NCBI GenBank assembly: GCA_035084275.1
Contig: CM068744.1
Span: 21,266,001-21,330,000 of the forward strand
Direction: 5' to 3'
Length of the DNA: 64,000 nucleotides
From: Hydrolagus colliei
Lineage: Eukaryota
The notes beneath the pieces were generated by a model. That model saw nothing but the letters and a program-made list of their open reading frames with translations, had not been told where the DNA came from and did no database searches. The position numbers and the translations under genes were made by a program. Below, piece after piece: positions 37,859 through 49,014 of the stretch (positions are counted from its first letter, which is position 1; each line of letters starts with the position of its first letter).

Positions 37859-40800
37859 CACAAAGCAGTGCGCAGAACACCACTGTGCATTTTCAGGCGC
37901 CCTGGGTAGAGTATGTGCTTTGAATACAACAATGCTTGGAAAGAGAATAACAGTTGTTTAAAAGAAAACAGTTAATGAATTTTGTACAAAAACAAAAAAA
38001 AGTGACATGAATGTGTTTCAGTAGATTTGTATTAAATTATTCTGGGTTTATGCTACATTTTGGAAGCAATGGTTTGTATATATTTTTTGAAAGGGCCGTT
38101 AAAACCCTCTTTTAGTACAGCAAGAGGACTGAGGCAATGTTCACACCCAGTGTTCTCCAGTGACATGCAAGATAATAATAGTAATAATCCTTGCATTTGG
38201 TGCTTTATAACATTGAGGCATCTTAAAATGCCTCACAGGTTGCATTGTAATGTTGTGTGACTGAGTGTGTTTTGCAGGTGAACATAGTAACTGATTTGTG
38301 CGTAACATTGTTCCATAACCAGCCACGGAGTGAATGACCAATTTTATTTGGGTGGGTTGTGGGCCAGGACACCGCGAAAAATTCCCTTCCCTTTTTAAAT
38401 AAGCCATGAGACTTTTTAACGTCCACCTGGACAGGCAGAAGGAATCTCAGTTTAACATCTCATCTGAAATGATTGTACCTCTGAAAATGTAGCACATCTT
38501 CAGCACAGCAGTGGGTTGTCAACTTGGAAATTGATCCCACAACCTGCTGACACGAAGGTGAGAGTGCTACCATCTTAGCCAGACAAGCAAGAACATCCAT
38601 CATTTGCAGAATGCTAGGGCTTTCAGATTGGAGGAAATATTGGATTGTGACCTGATAATTAGCCCTTTATTTGATGGTTATCTATGGTTTGCATTTGTAA
38701 TAGTCTCATTATATTACATAAATCTTATTGTCTGTCTGATTCTGTACCGTTAGATTATAATCATGTAAAATATTTAAGCCATGCTGAAGCACAGTTGGTG
38801 CCTCAGCAGTTTTGACTTAATATTCAATTTTCTAGATTTTTTTTGAATTCATGATCCCATCTTGATTATATTTCACACTCGCATGCCCCTATCATACCAG
38901 CCCCACCTTTTTTATTTGGATGTTCAGTAGTTGTAGAGGATGCAAATTACGTGATGCCATTCATAGCCCATAGTGAAGCATAGATGTATTGATGTCTCTC
39001 AAGGAACAGATTTGCATGTGAGTGATGATCAGTCTCAATAGTGGGATCACGATATCTTGTTTCTCCTTCTGTGGAGACACTCTGCTGAGTCAGAATTTCT
39101 GGCTGTGCAAGTATATTAATGCTTTTAAGTATTTTATTGCTTGTACAAATATTTTAGGTCATGAATGTACAATGGTTGAAAATATGACACGGTCTATATA
39201 TTATGATTTTAACAACTGCAAACAGGAGCGTAAAACTCTGAAACTTTTTTTATTTGGGAATTTAAATCTTAAATTTCAATTTGGTAAGACAAACGCGTTT
39301 TATATTATGACATTAGTTCTTTTGGCACTTATCAGGTTTAGCAATTATTTGTCTAATGTTTTAATAATGTTTAATAATTTAATATTTGCATCATTTAAAA
39401 TTATTGTATTGTATCTTAAACTTAAACATCACAGGAGTTTTCTTAAATATGTTAACTGCTGTGTACGAATAGCTGACGAGAAGAGTCTTTAGACATTCAT
39501 GTATTTATTGATGCAACCTATTCAAAATATTACAACATAACTGTAAATATAGATTGGTAGCCTAAAATTGAGCTGCATTATAAACAATAAATCTTTAATA
39601 ACTTGACTTTTTCAAAAATGGATATTTTATTGTTGATATCTGTGCAAATGGCCCACAAGGAATTTTCTGTATCTCCAGTAATGCATCTTACAGAGAAAAG
39701 CAGAGTTATCACTTAGTGTTTGTGGTAAGAGTTGGAGATGAGTTGGTGTAAGAATGATGGTTCTTTTTGCTCTTCAGGATTAGCAATTATTTGCCTAATG
39801 GATTTCTGTGGTCGGTCACTTAAAGAGCAGGAAGCCTTATTGTTTAAACCATGGATTAATTTTTAATATTTTAATACATCAGATGTATAGAAGAATTGTG
39901 GTTTCTGAGGCGTTTAACTGAACTGTTCATTTTAGCTGCAACCGTTTTAATGATGGTGAATTCTGTGTTCAAACCCATTGCTTCACTTTGGGCCACAACA
40001 ACTTTTATGTAGGTTTTTTTAACACTTAATTCATATTACAACACAAGAGGTTTTTGTCTCGTGTGCAGTTGGTTTATTGAAGCGTATACTGTATATAATT
40101 GGGCCTCTTTGAGGGTTTTCTTTAACTCCATGTGCCTTTCAGTTTAACTAGTCAACCTGAATCTACAGCAAGCTCACAAAGAAGCTCTTTGCTCTATCTT
40201 AGTTGTGTCCTGTAAATAGTTGTGACCCCCAGATGGGATTTCAGTTCTGCCTCTTTGTTTGACAGTGGACATTGTTTTGTGTGCATGGTTGGATCTGAAG
40301 TACAACCATATGTTTTACAAGATAACTGCCTCTGTTTTTGTGTTTTATGCTTGTCATTACTGCTGAGTGACAAAATTGCTTATGTGTAACTATATAACAG
40401 CCCCACTGGGTGCAGAATGTGGTTTAAAATACCAAATTTTAGGAGCTATTGTGTGTTTGCCACTAAAGCATGGGAAATTATTAAGTTTGCCTCAAGCATG
40501 CAGTATTCATGAAGAAATATAGTGGGGAAAGTTTGCATTGTTCAATAACTATTGCCCTCTGTAAATCTGCACCTACCCTAGTTAACGAACACTGCATGAG
40601 ATGTTTGGTGTAAAACAGCTACTAAATGGCAAAGCTTCCTCCCAGCATCATGTCTTCAGATCGGGATTTGAATAGCTTAATTGTTTTTGATCCCAAGGAT
40701 TTCTTAGATAAGTTACAGACACTGCAGTCAGTAAATGAATATTTTCTTTTTACCTCAATCTTACGGTGAAATCTGTGGTCGCCTTGCTCGCACCTAGGTT

Positions 40801-41022
40801 GGCCACTCAGTATAAAGACTATTCATGCTTTAGAGTACCATTGTTCTCTAAAGAGTACCCTGCTTTAGAGTACCATTGTTCACACCAATAAAATACAAAT
40901 ATAAGTAAAAGCTTAAATGTAACATCCCTAGTTCATGTAATTTCCTAGTTTCAAACCAATGACGACATCAAAATCCCAATGTAAAGACTCAGGGGACATA
41001 ATGTGCATGTGTTAGGGGGGTG

Positions 41023-41041
41023 CACTGCCACCTATTGGTCA
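41023..41041 (-). promoter_or_regulatory. Candidate CTCF site
   Basis: Minus strand TGACCAATAGGTGGCAGTG fits YGRCCASYAGRKGGCRSYR with one mismatch. Confidence 0.45.
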
Positions 41042-43849
41042 TTTAGTGTAACACACTAAACATCCCTGTTTGATACTCACTCGAGAAACTATTGTTTTTT
41101 GGTCAGCCAGGTGTCTGACAGAAGTGGAAACCCATCACTATGCTTAAGAGTATCCAAACCAAACTGACTTTCATGTGTATTTATTGTCATAGAATGCACA
41201 CTTTCTCCCTGGATGGATACTTCCTGTAAAACCTTATTTGGGAGAGTAGTAGAGGCAGGTTGGCAAGAGCCAATTCGCAGACCTCAGAGTGTGCAGTGGG
41301 GTCGAACCTTCTAAAATCACATAGCTTGTTATTCAGAACTGCCTGAAATACTACTTGTCAAGCTAGGTCCAGCTGGCCTGTTAGGCCATTATTCACAAAG
41401 AAGGCTTGATACTGTGACTGGTGAACTACTTGTCACTGGGGAACATCACAGTGAAACATAATCTTCTCACTCAATGCCCAACTTCCAGCAGGAAATTCTG
41501 GAATCAGGAGCAGGAACCTTGGCCATTTTTACCATCTGTAACCCAGAGGGGTCAAGACCAATTGTGGCTCTTCAACTGCTACTCTTGCTAACTCAGATCA
41601 ACATTGATTAGAGTTTTGCTTGAGTGTCTCTCAGCATCCTGGCCAACAACCCCCAGGTAAATGTTCTCATTCGCTTCATGGTCGTGGGAAATGGGTTCTA
41701 ATGTTTTCTGAAATGAGGTAAGCAGGATGTGTCCCTTCAGGGAGAGAATGCACATTCCATTCCAATAATCTAACTCTTGGATTTCTATGTGTAGGTATGA
41801 TGAGTGGAAGTATGTTCAGTTTGGATACTCATAAGAATAAGAATACTGTAGTAACAATGATAATGTTGATGGGTTTTTGCATGTCCCTGTTGAACTCCCT
41901 CCAACATTTTTACAGTGTAACCTGTGAAGCATGTTGTAATGTTTTCTTGATGTAAAAGGCACTGTATAAAAGGCAACAATTGTTATTATTATTAGTTGAA
42001 TCTGCTGATCTTTATAAACCCCTAGACAGTCTCTGCATTAATGGGACTTTGCGTTCATAATTCAATTATTAGAAAGACTTTGACACCTTAATATTGTCAT
42101 TTCTTTCTCTGAAAGATGCATAATAAGTACTGTTTCAAATGGTACTCCAGTGTGGGTGACAGTTCTCAAAGACATAATGAAATTCCTATCTGTAGATGGA
42201 ATTAAGTCGTCCGAATCCATTACACCTAATCATCAGATCAGGTTTAAATGTTAAAAAAAACAATCTCACTCACCATGACAGGTGTAACATTTTTCCGGGG
42301 AATAGTACAAATACTGCCCAAGTGCCTGAAAGTACACTCAGATCATAAAATAAATTCTGTCAATCATTATTTTTGTCTTTAGGTTAGAGGCTTCAATATG
42401 CATCATGAAAAGTACAGAAAAATTTGATTCTGCCGTTTATTTAATGTTGCAAGCAATTATTGGACTCTAAAAGCAATGAGAAACTGTCATACCCTTCAAC
42501 TTGACGCCATCAGGATTTTCTTTCTGTGTACCAAATTGTTGTTCTGTAACATTAATACAGCAGAGACTGAGGCACAGGCTCGGACAGAGAAAGGCAGGGG
42601 AAAAATGAACTTTGTAAATCAGTCACCTTTGCTTTTGCCAGATATTTAATAGTGTGGTGTACACAGCGCAGCAATGTTATAAAGTCGCACAGAGTAATCC
42701 TGCCAAAGAGCTTTATAGCTATACCTCTTCAGCCAAGGTAGAGCTTAGAGTTGGAACAAAATTGGCATTTATTAGCCTACTGTAAAATCCATATTGAGTT
42801 CTAAATTCTAATTTAGAGTAAGACACAGATTACTGTAATACTGTACTACTGCAATATCACAACAGCGCAAATCAAATGTGATCGAAAGTTTTTCATTTCC
42901 CAGTGAGGGCTGAGACTAGTGAGGTGTTACATTCCACCATCTCAGAATGCTCCATCTACCGCAGAAATGCAGATAAAGATGCTCAATTAGTACAGGTACT
43001 GTGCAGCGAACACTTCTGATACATTTGGGATTTTATACATTTTGGCTGAAATTAAAAGTATCCTGTGTTGATATATTTAAGCACACCAAGAATTTACCTT
43101 GCATGAAGGATGCTATATGCATGCAAATTGCTGTTGAAATATTACAATAAATGCTGGAGTAGTTTAACAGGTTGTGATTTTTCGACAAGGCTTCCACTTT
43201 TCCTCCATTTTTCTTCCAGTTCTTCTCCTTCCTCATTCTATCTTTCTTCTTTAGTCAACAAACCATGGTGGATTTTGACTATTGAATCTTATATCTAGGC
43301 TCAACTATGGCAACTCCCTGTTTGTCAGCCGTCCCAACTCTTCCCTCCACAATCTGCAAATCATCCAGCACTTTGCAGCTTGTGTCCTCTTCTGTACCAA
43401 ACTCCGTAACACTATCAACTCCTTCCTAACCTAGCTTCGTTGGCTTCCCATTCCCTAGAGGATAGAGCTGAACTCTATCCAATGCCTTGGGACGTCCTTC
43501 CGATGTGAAAGGCGTCACACAAATGTAATATTGCATTGGTGAAGGTATCTATTATCTTAATGATGACTTTCATTAAGCAACAACAACAACAAAATTACAT
43601 TTATGGAGGACCCTTCAGGTCAGGAGAATGTCCTAAGCAGGAATGGTGTCTTCCTTGGGACGTCCTCCCTACATGAAAGGAGCTATACAAATGTAATTTT
43701 GTTTTTGTTCACTTCACTTTTATTTCCTTCCTTCAAATAGGGATTATAGTTTCAAACTAAGCTGCTCTGAAGCACCAAAGAGAATTTACATTGCCAAGGG
43801 CCTGACACCAGGTTTATCTGTTCTCCCACAAAATACACTTTACAGTATA

Positions 43850-44643
43850 TATTGCACCAGCGACTTCACGCATCAGGCGCTGGCAGCATTAACCTCCATG
43901 GTTGCTCACTCGACCTCTCCAAGCCAATCAGGAACCTAGGTGTCTTGCTCAACCCTCAACTGTCTTTCCTTCCCCACATCCAAGCAATGACTCACTTTGC
44001 CTTTCCCCATCTCTGCAACATTCCGGCATTATCTCACCCCTAAAGCCGCTGAAACCCTCATCCATGCCTTCATTACAACTCAGCTCGATTAGCAAATGCC
44101 CTGCTTGTTGGCCTTCCCAATTCCTCCCTACACAGATGATGCAGAACTCTGCTGCCCATGTCCTCTACCTTTCGAAACTCCGTGACCCCATCCTTGCCCA
44201 ACTGCATTGGCTCCCCATCACCCAAAGGATCCAATTCAAGATCTTGGTCCTCACATTTAAAGCCCTCCACATCCTCGCCCCACCCTACATTCATGACTTT
44301 CTAACCTTCTACCAATCTGCTCCCCCTCTCCGCTCAGCAGGCTCTGGCTTATTTCACATCTCCTGACATATCCGCCCCACAATTGGTGGGCGAGCTTTTA
44401 GCCACTCTGCTCCCAACCTCTGGAACTCCTTCCCGCATTCCTTCCACCTTGCCCCCTTCCTGGCCTCCTCCAATTCCCGTCTCAAAACTCTCCTCTTCGA
44501 TGGTCCCATCGGCAACTCCTAATCTCCCCCTTCCCACCTCACCCACGTCCCCAGCTTGAGTCTGACAAGTGATGGTCCAGCGCCCTGGGACATCTTCCTG
44601 ACGTGAAAGGCACAATATAAGTGTAATTTTGTTGTTGTTGTTA
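43850..44643 (+). mobile_element. 5'-truncated L2
   Basis: IRNLGVLLNPQLSF...LHWLPITQRIQFKILVLTFKALH; (TTG)n tail. Confidence 0.92.
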
Positions 44644-45328
44644 TAGATACTGTGAATCACTGTGAGACCTCCAACTAATGTACAAGGTTCTTCATCAAAT
44701 GCAAGGATTATTGTTATTCTGTTTTTAATTGTGCAGTTGTGTGTGATCTTTGGTGTGTTTTTTTCTTCTCCATATTAAGCAAAATATTTTAATGATTTCA
44801 AAAAGTTACAATGTACTATAACTTTTGTTTTTTTTCTAATTATGTAACCTTTTGCTGATCTGATGTTGCCTTTAATTGGGTTAGATTGTAATGACTGTCT
44901 TCAATCTGTTCTTGAGAACAAAAAATTTAAATATTTTGCCGTGCATGGTACCATACATAAATGATGATGGCATGCATATGTGGAACTCTCAGTCTGTTTT
45001 AGATACTTCTATGTGATTGATGGGTTTCTATATGTGTCAGCCTCCTGTTGACCCCTCAAAATTTAAATAGATATTGAAAAGAAGTACAATATAAATAATG
45101 GTAGAGTATTAACATTATTTCTTAGTACAAAATGTATAATTAGTGAATTTCTAAAACATCAATTATGTTCCGGATGTTTTAGGAACTGAACAATTGCACA
45201 TTTCTTATTAAAAATATGCAGATAAGAAATAAATTAGATATAAATATCTATTATTCTAGCATACTGTTTCAACTGCAAATTCATGTAGTAACTAAAATTC
45301 AAGATTTGTCTATGAAATAGACACTCTT

Positions 45329-45455
45329 TGAAACAAAAAAGAGAGCTGTGAAAAAATCAGCAGGTCAGGCAGCATCTATGGAGAAAGGAAAGTGAGTCCG
45401 AAATGTTGACTCACTTTCCTTTCTCCATAGGTGCTGCCTGACCTGCTGATTTTTT
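45329..45455. repeat. Collapsed Penelope-like palindrome: 48-bp stem, 9-nt loop
   Basis: 45351-45398 pairs with 45408-45455 with one T/G mismatch; loop CGAAATGTT. Confidence 0.9.
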
Positions 45456-45915
45456 AGTCACTAAACTTTACTGTGAAAGATGTAAAGCTCTTTGAGATAT
45501 CCTCCTGACAGTGCTTTGTGCTTTAATTGTAATGCAGCTCACATGTAATCCAGTCTCTGGAAAACATTGCCGATATTCATTTTCTAATACATTTGTTCAC
45601 AATGAGTGAGTTTAGTAGAATCATTCAAGATAATTACTGATGAAAGTGCATAACCTTTTGAGAGTTTATTCAACAAAATGTGAATTCAGTGTTTTGTGTC
45701 CACTATATTTCCATCGTACACCATATCGTAAAATGTTAAAGTAAGTCAAATGAACAGCTTTTAACCACAAGGTTAAAATAAATTTAAAGTGTTTTCCGCT
45801 GATTGGGATTTATTATTTGTACTTCAACATACGGCGTAAACCATTACCTAATTAAAACTTTTATTTCATGTTGAATACATTGCATACATTAATATGCATT
45901 TGTTTCAAATTGCAG

Positions 45916-45956
45916 ATCCCACTGACTTCCTCTGAAAAGAAGAGTGTGCTTTGGAG
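45916..45956 (+). other. KLHL29: 5' UTR portion of the KLHL29 exon, after the splice acceptor
   Basis: TTTGTTTCAAATTGCAG|ATCCC acceptor (AG at 45914-45915), 41 nt before the ATG. Confidence 0.75.
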
Positions 45957-46220
45957 ATGTCACGGCATCACAGCCGGTATGAGAGAGATTACCGGAGTGG
46001 GTGGGACTGGCGGGAACGAAGTAGCAGCTGCAGCAATGTAAATAATAGCAAGTGCAGCAGCGGCCTCAACAACAGTATCACCAGACCTGGGCTTCTGCCA
46101 TTGCCAATTGGTCCGACTCGTCTATTGACTCCTGTCACACCTGTCTGCACTACAGCAAGCAATGAGATGATGACAACCTTAATGGCCAGCCCTGTTCCTG
46201 CCACAACAACAACTTCTAAG
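45957..46220 (+). CDS. KLHL29: First coding exon (88 codons, phase-0 donor) of Kelch-like protein 29
   Basis: Translation MSRHHSRYERDYRSGWDWRERSSSCSNVNNSKCSSGLNNSITRPGLLPLPIGPTRLLTPVTPVCTTASNEMMTTLMASPVPATTTTSK matches my recollection of the human KLHL29 N-terminus ([20 protein letters not shown]...RPGLLPLPVVPSRLPTP...CTT...TTK). ATG at 45957 with G at -3, in-frame TGA upstream at 45933-45935, donor AAG|GTGGGA at 46220/46221. Confidence 0.9.
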
Positions 46221-48710
46221 GTGGGATACAAGTCAACAATGTAAAAGTTTTCTTTGAAGAGTAGCACCCCATTGCACAATTAGATTATCAGTGTTCCTTC
46301 TTGATATTATGCTCAAAGTTGATTTGTCATTGAACCAATGTCCTGAAATGTGCTCAGAAACATCATGAATCCATTAAACCTGCAGTTAGTTAAACCTTTT
46401 ATGGTATGTAATGCATGTAACTTGGTGATTTCCAAATGATCATAAAGGCTTTGTTCCCTGGTCTTTGGAATTCTGTATCATTTGCCTGGATTTATACAAT
46501 CTTTAATCTCAAATTGGAGGGACCAACTATGACACAGAGGAAGCCCCCATCTTTCATCTAATGGCCTGCTCATTGGCTGGCACAGTTATTCCTTTTTGTC
46601 CCTTTCTTCAATCGTACTTTTCTATTACAATAGAGGAAAGCTTACGCATTCAAAACTTGCAGCAATTCATCCAACAGAGACAAGACAACCTTTCAGGAAT
46701 CTTATTTTCCAGTTATGTATTTTCTAAATCATGGGATATCATCCCACATGTGGAGGATTCATATGGTATTGATTGTGGCCTATCATCCATTTTCTCATTC
46801 CAGGCTTTCTTATTGTTGATATGAAATTGAGTCGAACACTCAGTGTTGTCCACATCCAGGAAGAGTAAATAAAATACTAAACCAATTTGAGCAGCAGATC
46901 ACATTTGCCTCAGATTTGAATTTTATTTTACATCTGTTTATGTTGGGATAATTTTGAATCAATGTTCGTGTGGCTTTATGCTTCTTAGTTTTAAGGTATA
47001 TTTGACTTGCACTTATTTTAGTTTACAGGGTTAGTGAGATTCATGTTTTGGTGGTTAAACCCAATTTATTTAATCTGGCATTGAGATAAGCCAGCCATAA
47101 ATCCAAATGCAAAATGCATTAATTTATCTTGTTTAACTTGTCCATTAAAATAGCGTTGCCAAATAAATATGTTTCAGTGCATACATTCCTGTCTTGAAAG
47201 GATATATAACTTTATTGATGTTCACAGAGCTTTAGAGTTTAATTTCGATGAAACCAAGGACACTTGCCAATCTTGGAAGTTGTTTTTATCATCATGATAA
47301 ACCTCATTGAAACCCATGAAACCAACAAGTGCTGACTAGGTCATAGAGTGTATTCAGCAAATGTTTGAGCTCATTTAAGTTCCTAAAGCCATGTCACAAG
47401 CCAATTTGCAGCAGTGTTTGCAACATTATCTGCAGGTAATCAGCATTGCTATCAGGAAATATTAATTCCATTATTTGACAGCTCAAGATGACGAGCATAT
47501 TGATACTGCTTTGAGCTGGCATAGAAACTGCTAACATTTATATTTTTATTCTATCTTTTGACATAGTTGTACATGGAGGCTAAATGACTGAGGATGAACA
47601 TAACATTGCCTCCCATGGATATGTTTTTTTTACACATTCTTTGAAACTCAGTCCGTATACAAAGCTTCCTTTGTTCTCTTGTCAGAACCCACACATTTGG
47701 AGTTTCCTGTGTCATGTGTGTTTAATGTCTTTGGTGTTTTATTGCTGCCATCTGTTTTCTAAAGAACTGTATTAATTTTTAAATGAGGTATACATTTAAG
47801 CACGTGGATTGGCGAATGACTGTGATGATCCCAGGAGTCCTCTAAATTTTTGACCTGGTAATTTTCTCCTCATTCGTTGCTGACCCATTCATTTGTATGC
47901 AGAGTATTGAGGTCAATACACATTCAAGAATGAAGAAGCTATGCCCCCAATATGCCCCCTATGCCCCCATTGTTGTCACTTCTTTAACCTTCCACTTCCA
48001 TTTTATTCCAATTTCTCTTCTCAGAGAGGTCGAGAGCCTTTAATGTTGAATGTATTCATTCAATGGCTGAATCCATTCATTTCTTTAAAACCTTACTTCA
48101 ATCACAGCAATTTAACCAAAGTCACTAGTTATGGAATTTCTTCCAAAACAGGTGCTGTCTAAGATTTTCAATATCTTTTGAAAGGAATTTCAGCTAAATA
48201 AGCTAAAAATATTCAACAACAACAAAATTACATGTGTTTTTCGCCTTTCACGTCAGTAGGACGTCCCAAGGCGCTCGGACATTTTGGCCCAACTAGACAC
48301 TTATGTTTTTACGTGTCACACTAAAGTTCACAGTTTAACAGTTGTATCCCCATCCATGAGACTTACTCAAGTGTATTCTGTAGATCAGAAAGCAGACAAG
48401 ACAAGAGAAAGGATCACTGTGGTGAAAAGATCACAGAAAAGGTCAAAAGAAGAGAGTTTCTTCAATAATTTTTAAATGAAAAAGAATCTGAATAGAAGCA
48501 AGTATATTCAAATTACTCCAGTAATAACACTAACGTATGCATAAGGTGCCTCCTAGATGAGGCTATTGTAATTCTCAAAATATTAGCAGGAATCTCACAT
48601 TTCAGAAATCAGAAACTTAGATTAGTATCCTTTTTGTGAAGCTTTAAAGAATATTGAATCATTGGAGAGGGATCAAGACACAGGATACTAGGACTTGAAG
48701 TTCACATCTT

Positions 48711-49014
48711 AATAATAATAATAATCCTCACATTTGATATAGCACCTTATCACATCTCATAGCGTTTTACGGAATATGCTGTGAAATTAATTGACTGTAT
48801 ATCTTATGGGTGAAACGCGACAACCAATTGCACACAGCAATGTCCCACAAACAGCTGTGGACTGAAACGATCAATTTATTATTGTTTATTTTAGGGATTA
48901 TTATTAGACATGCGGAGTAAGGAAACTTGCCCAAGGTTTCGCCCTGCCTGGAATTGAACCCAGCTCTCTTGCTTGCAAGGCGAGTGCTCTAACCACTGAA
49001 CTACAGGACTCCAC
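48711..49014 (-). mobile_element. Full-length DeuSINE-type SINE
   Basis: Well-preserved head (GTGGAGTCCTGTAGTTCAGTGGTTAGAGCACTCGCCTTGCAAGC on -), core and tail. Confidence 0.88.

Larger units (their letters stand above)
1..45915 (+). other. KLHL29: Probable large 5' intron of KLHL29 (small non-coding exons inside cannot be excluded)
   Basis: No other host coding exon recognised; the coding exon begins with an acceptor rather than a promoter; repeat-rich. Confidence 0.6.

Noticed and set aside
39022-39492. 156-aa ORF
   Set aside because: AT-rich, non-ATG start, composition dominated by F/N/K/I/L, no recognisable motif or splice context.
46221-46244. Read-through VGYKSTM* of the ORF track
   Set aside because: Lies past the AAG|GT donor where similarity to KLHL29 ends; treated as intron.
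45989-46279. 96-aa antisense ORF
   Set aside because: Shadow of the KLHL29 exon.
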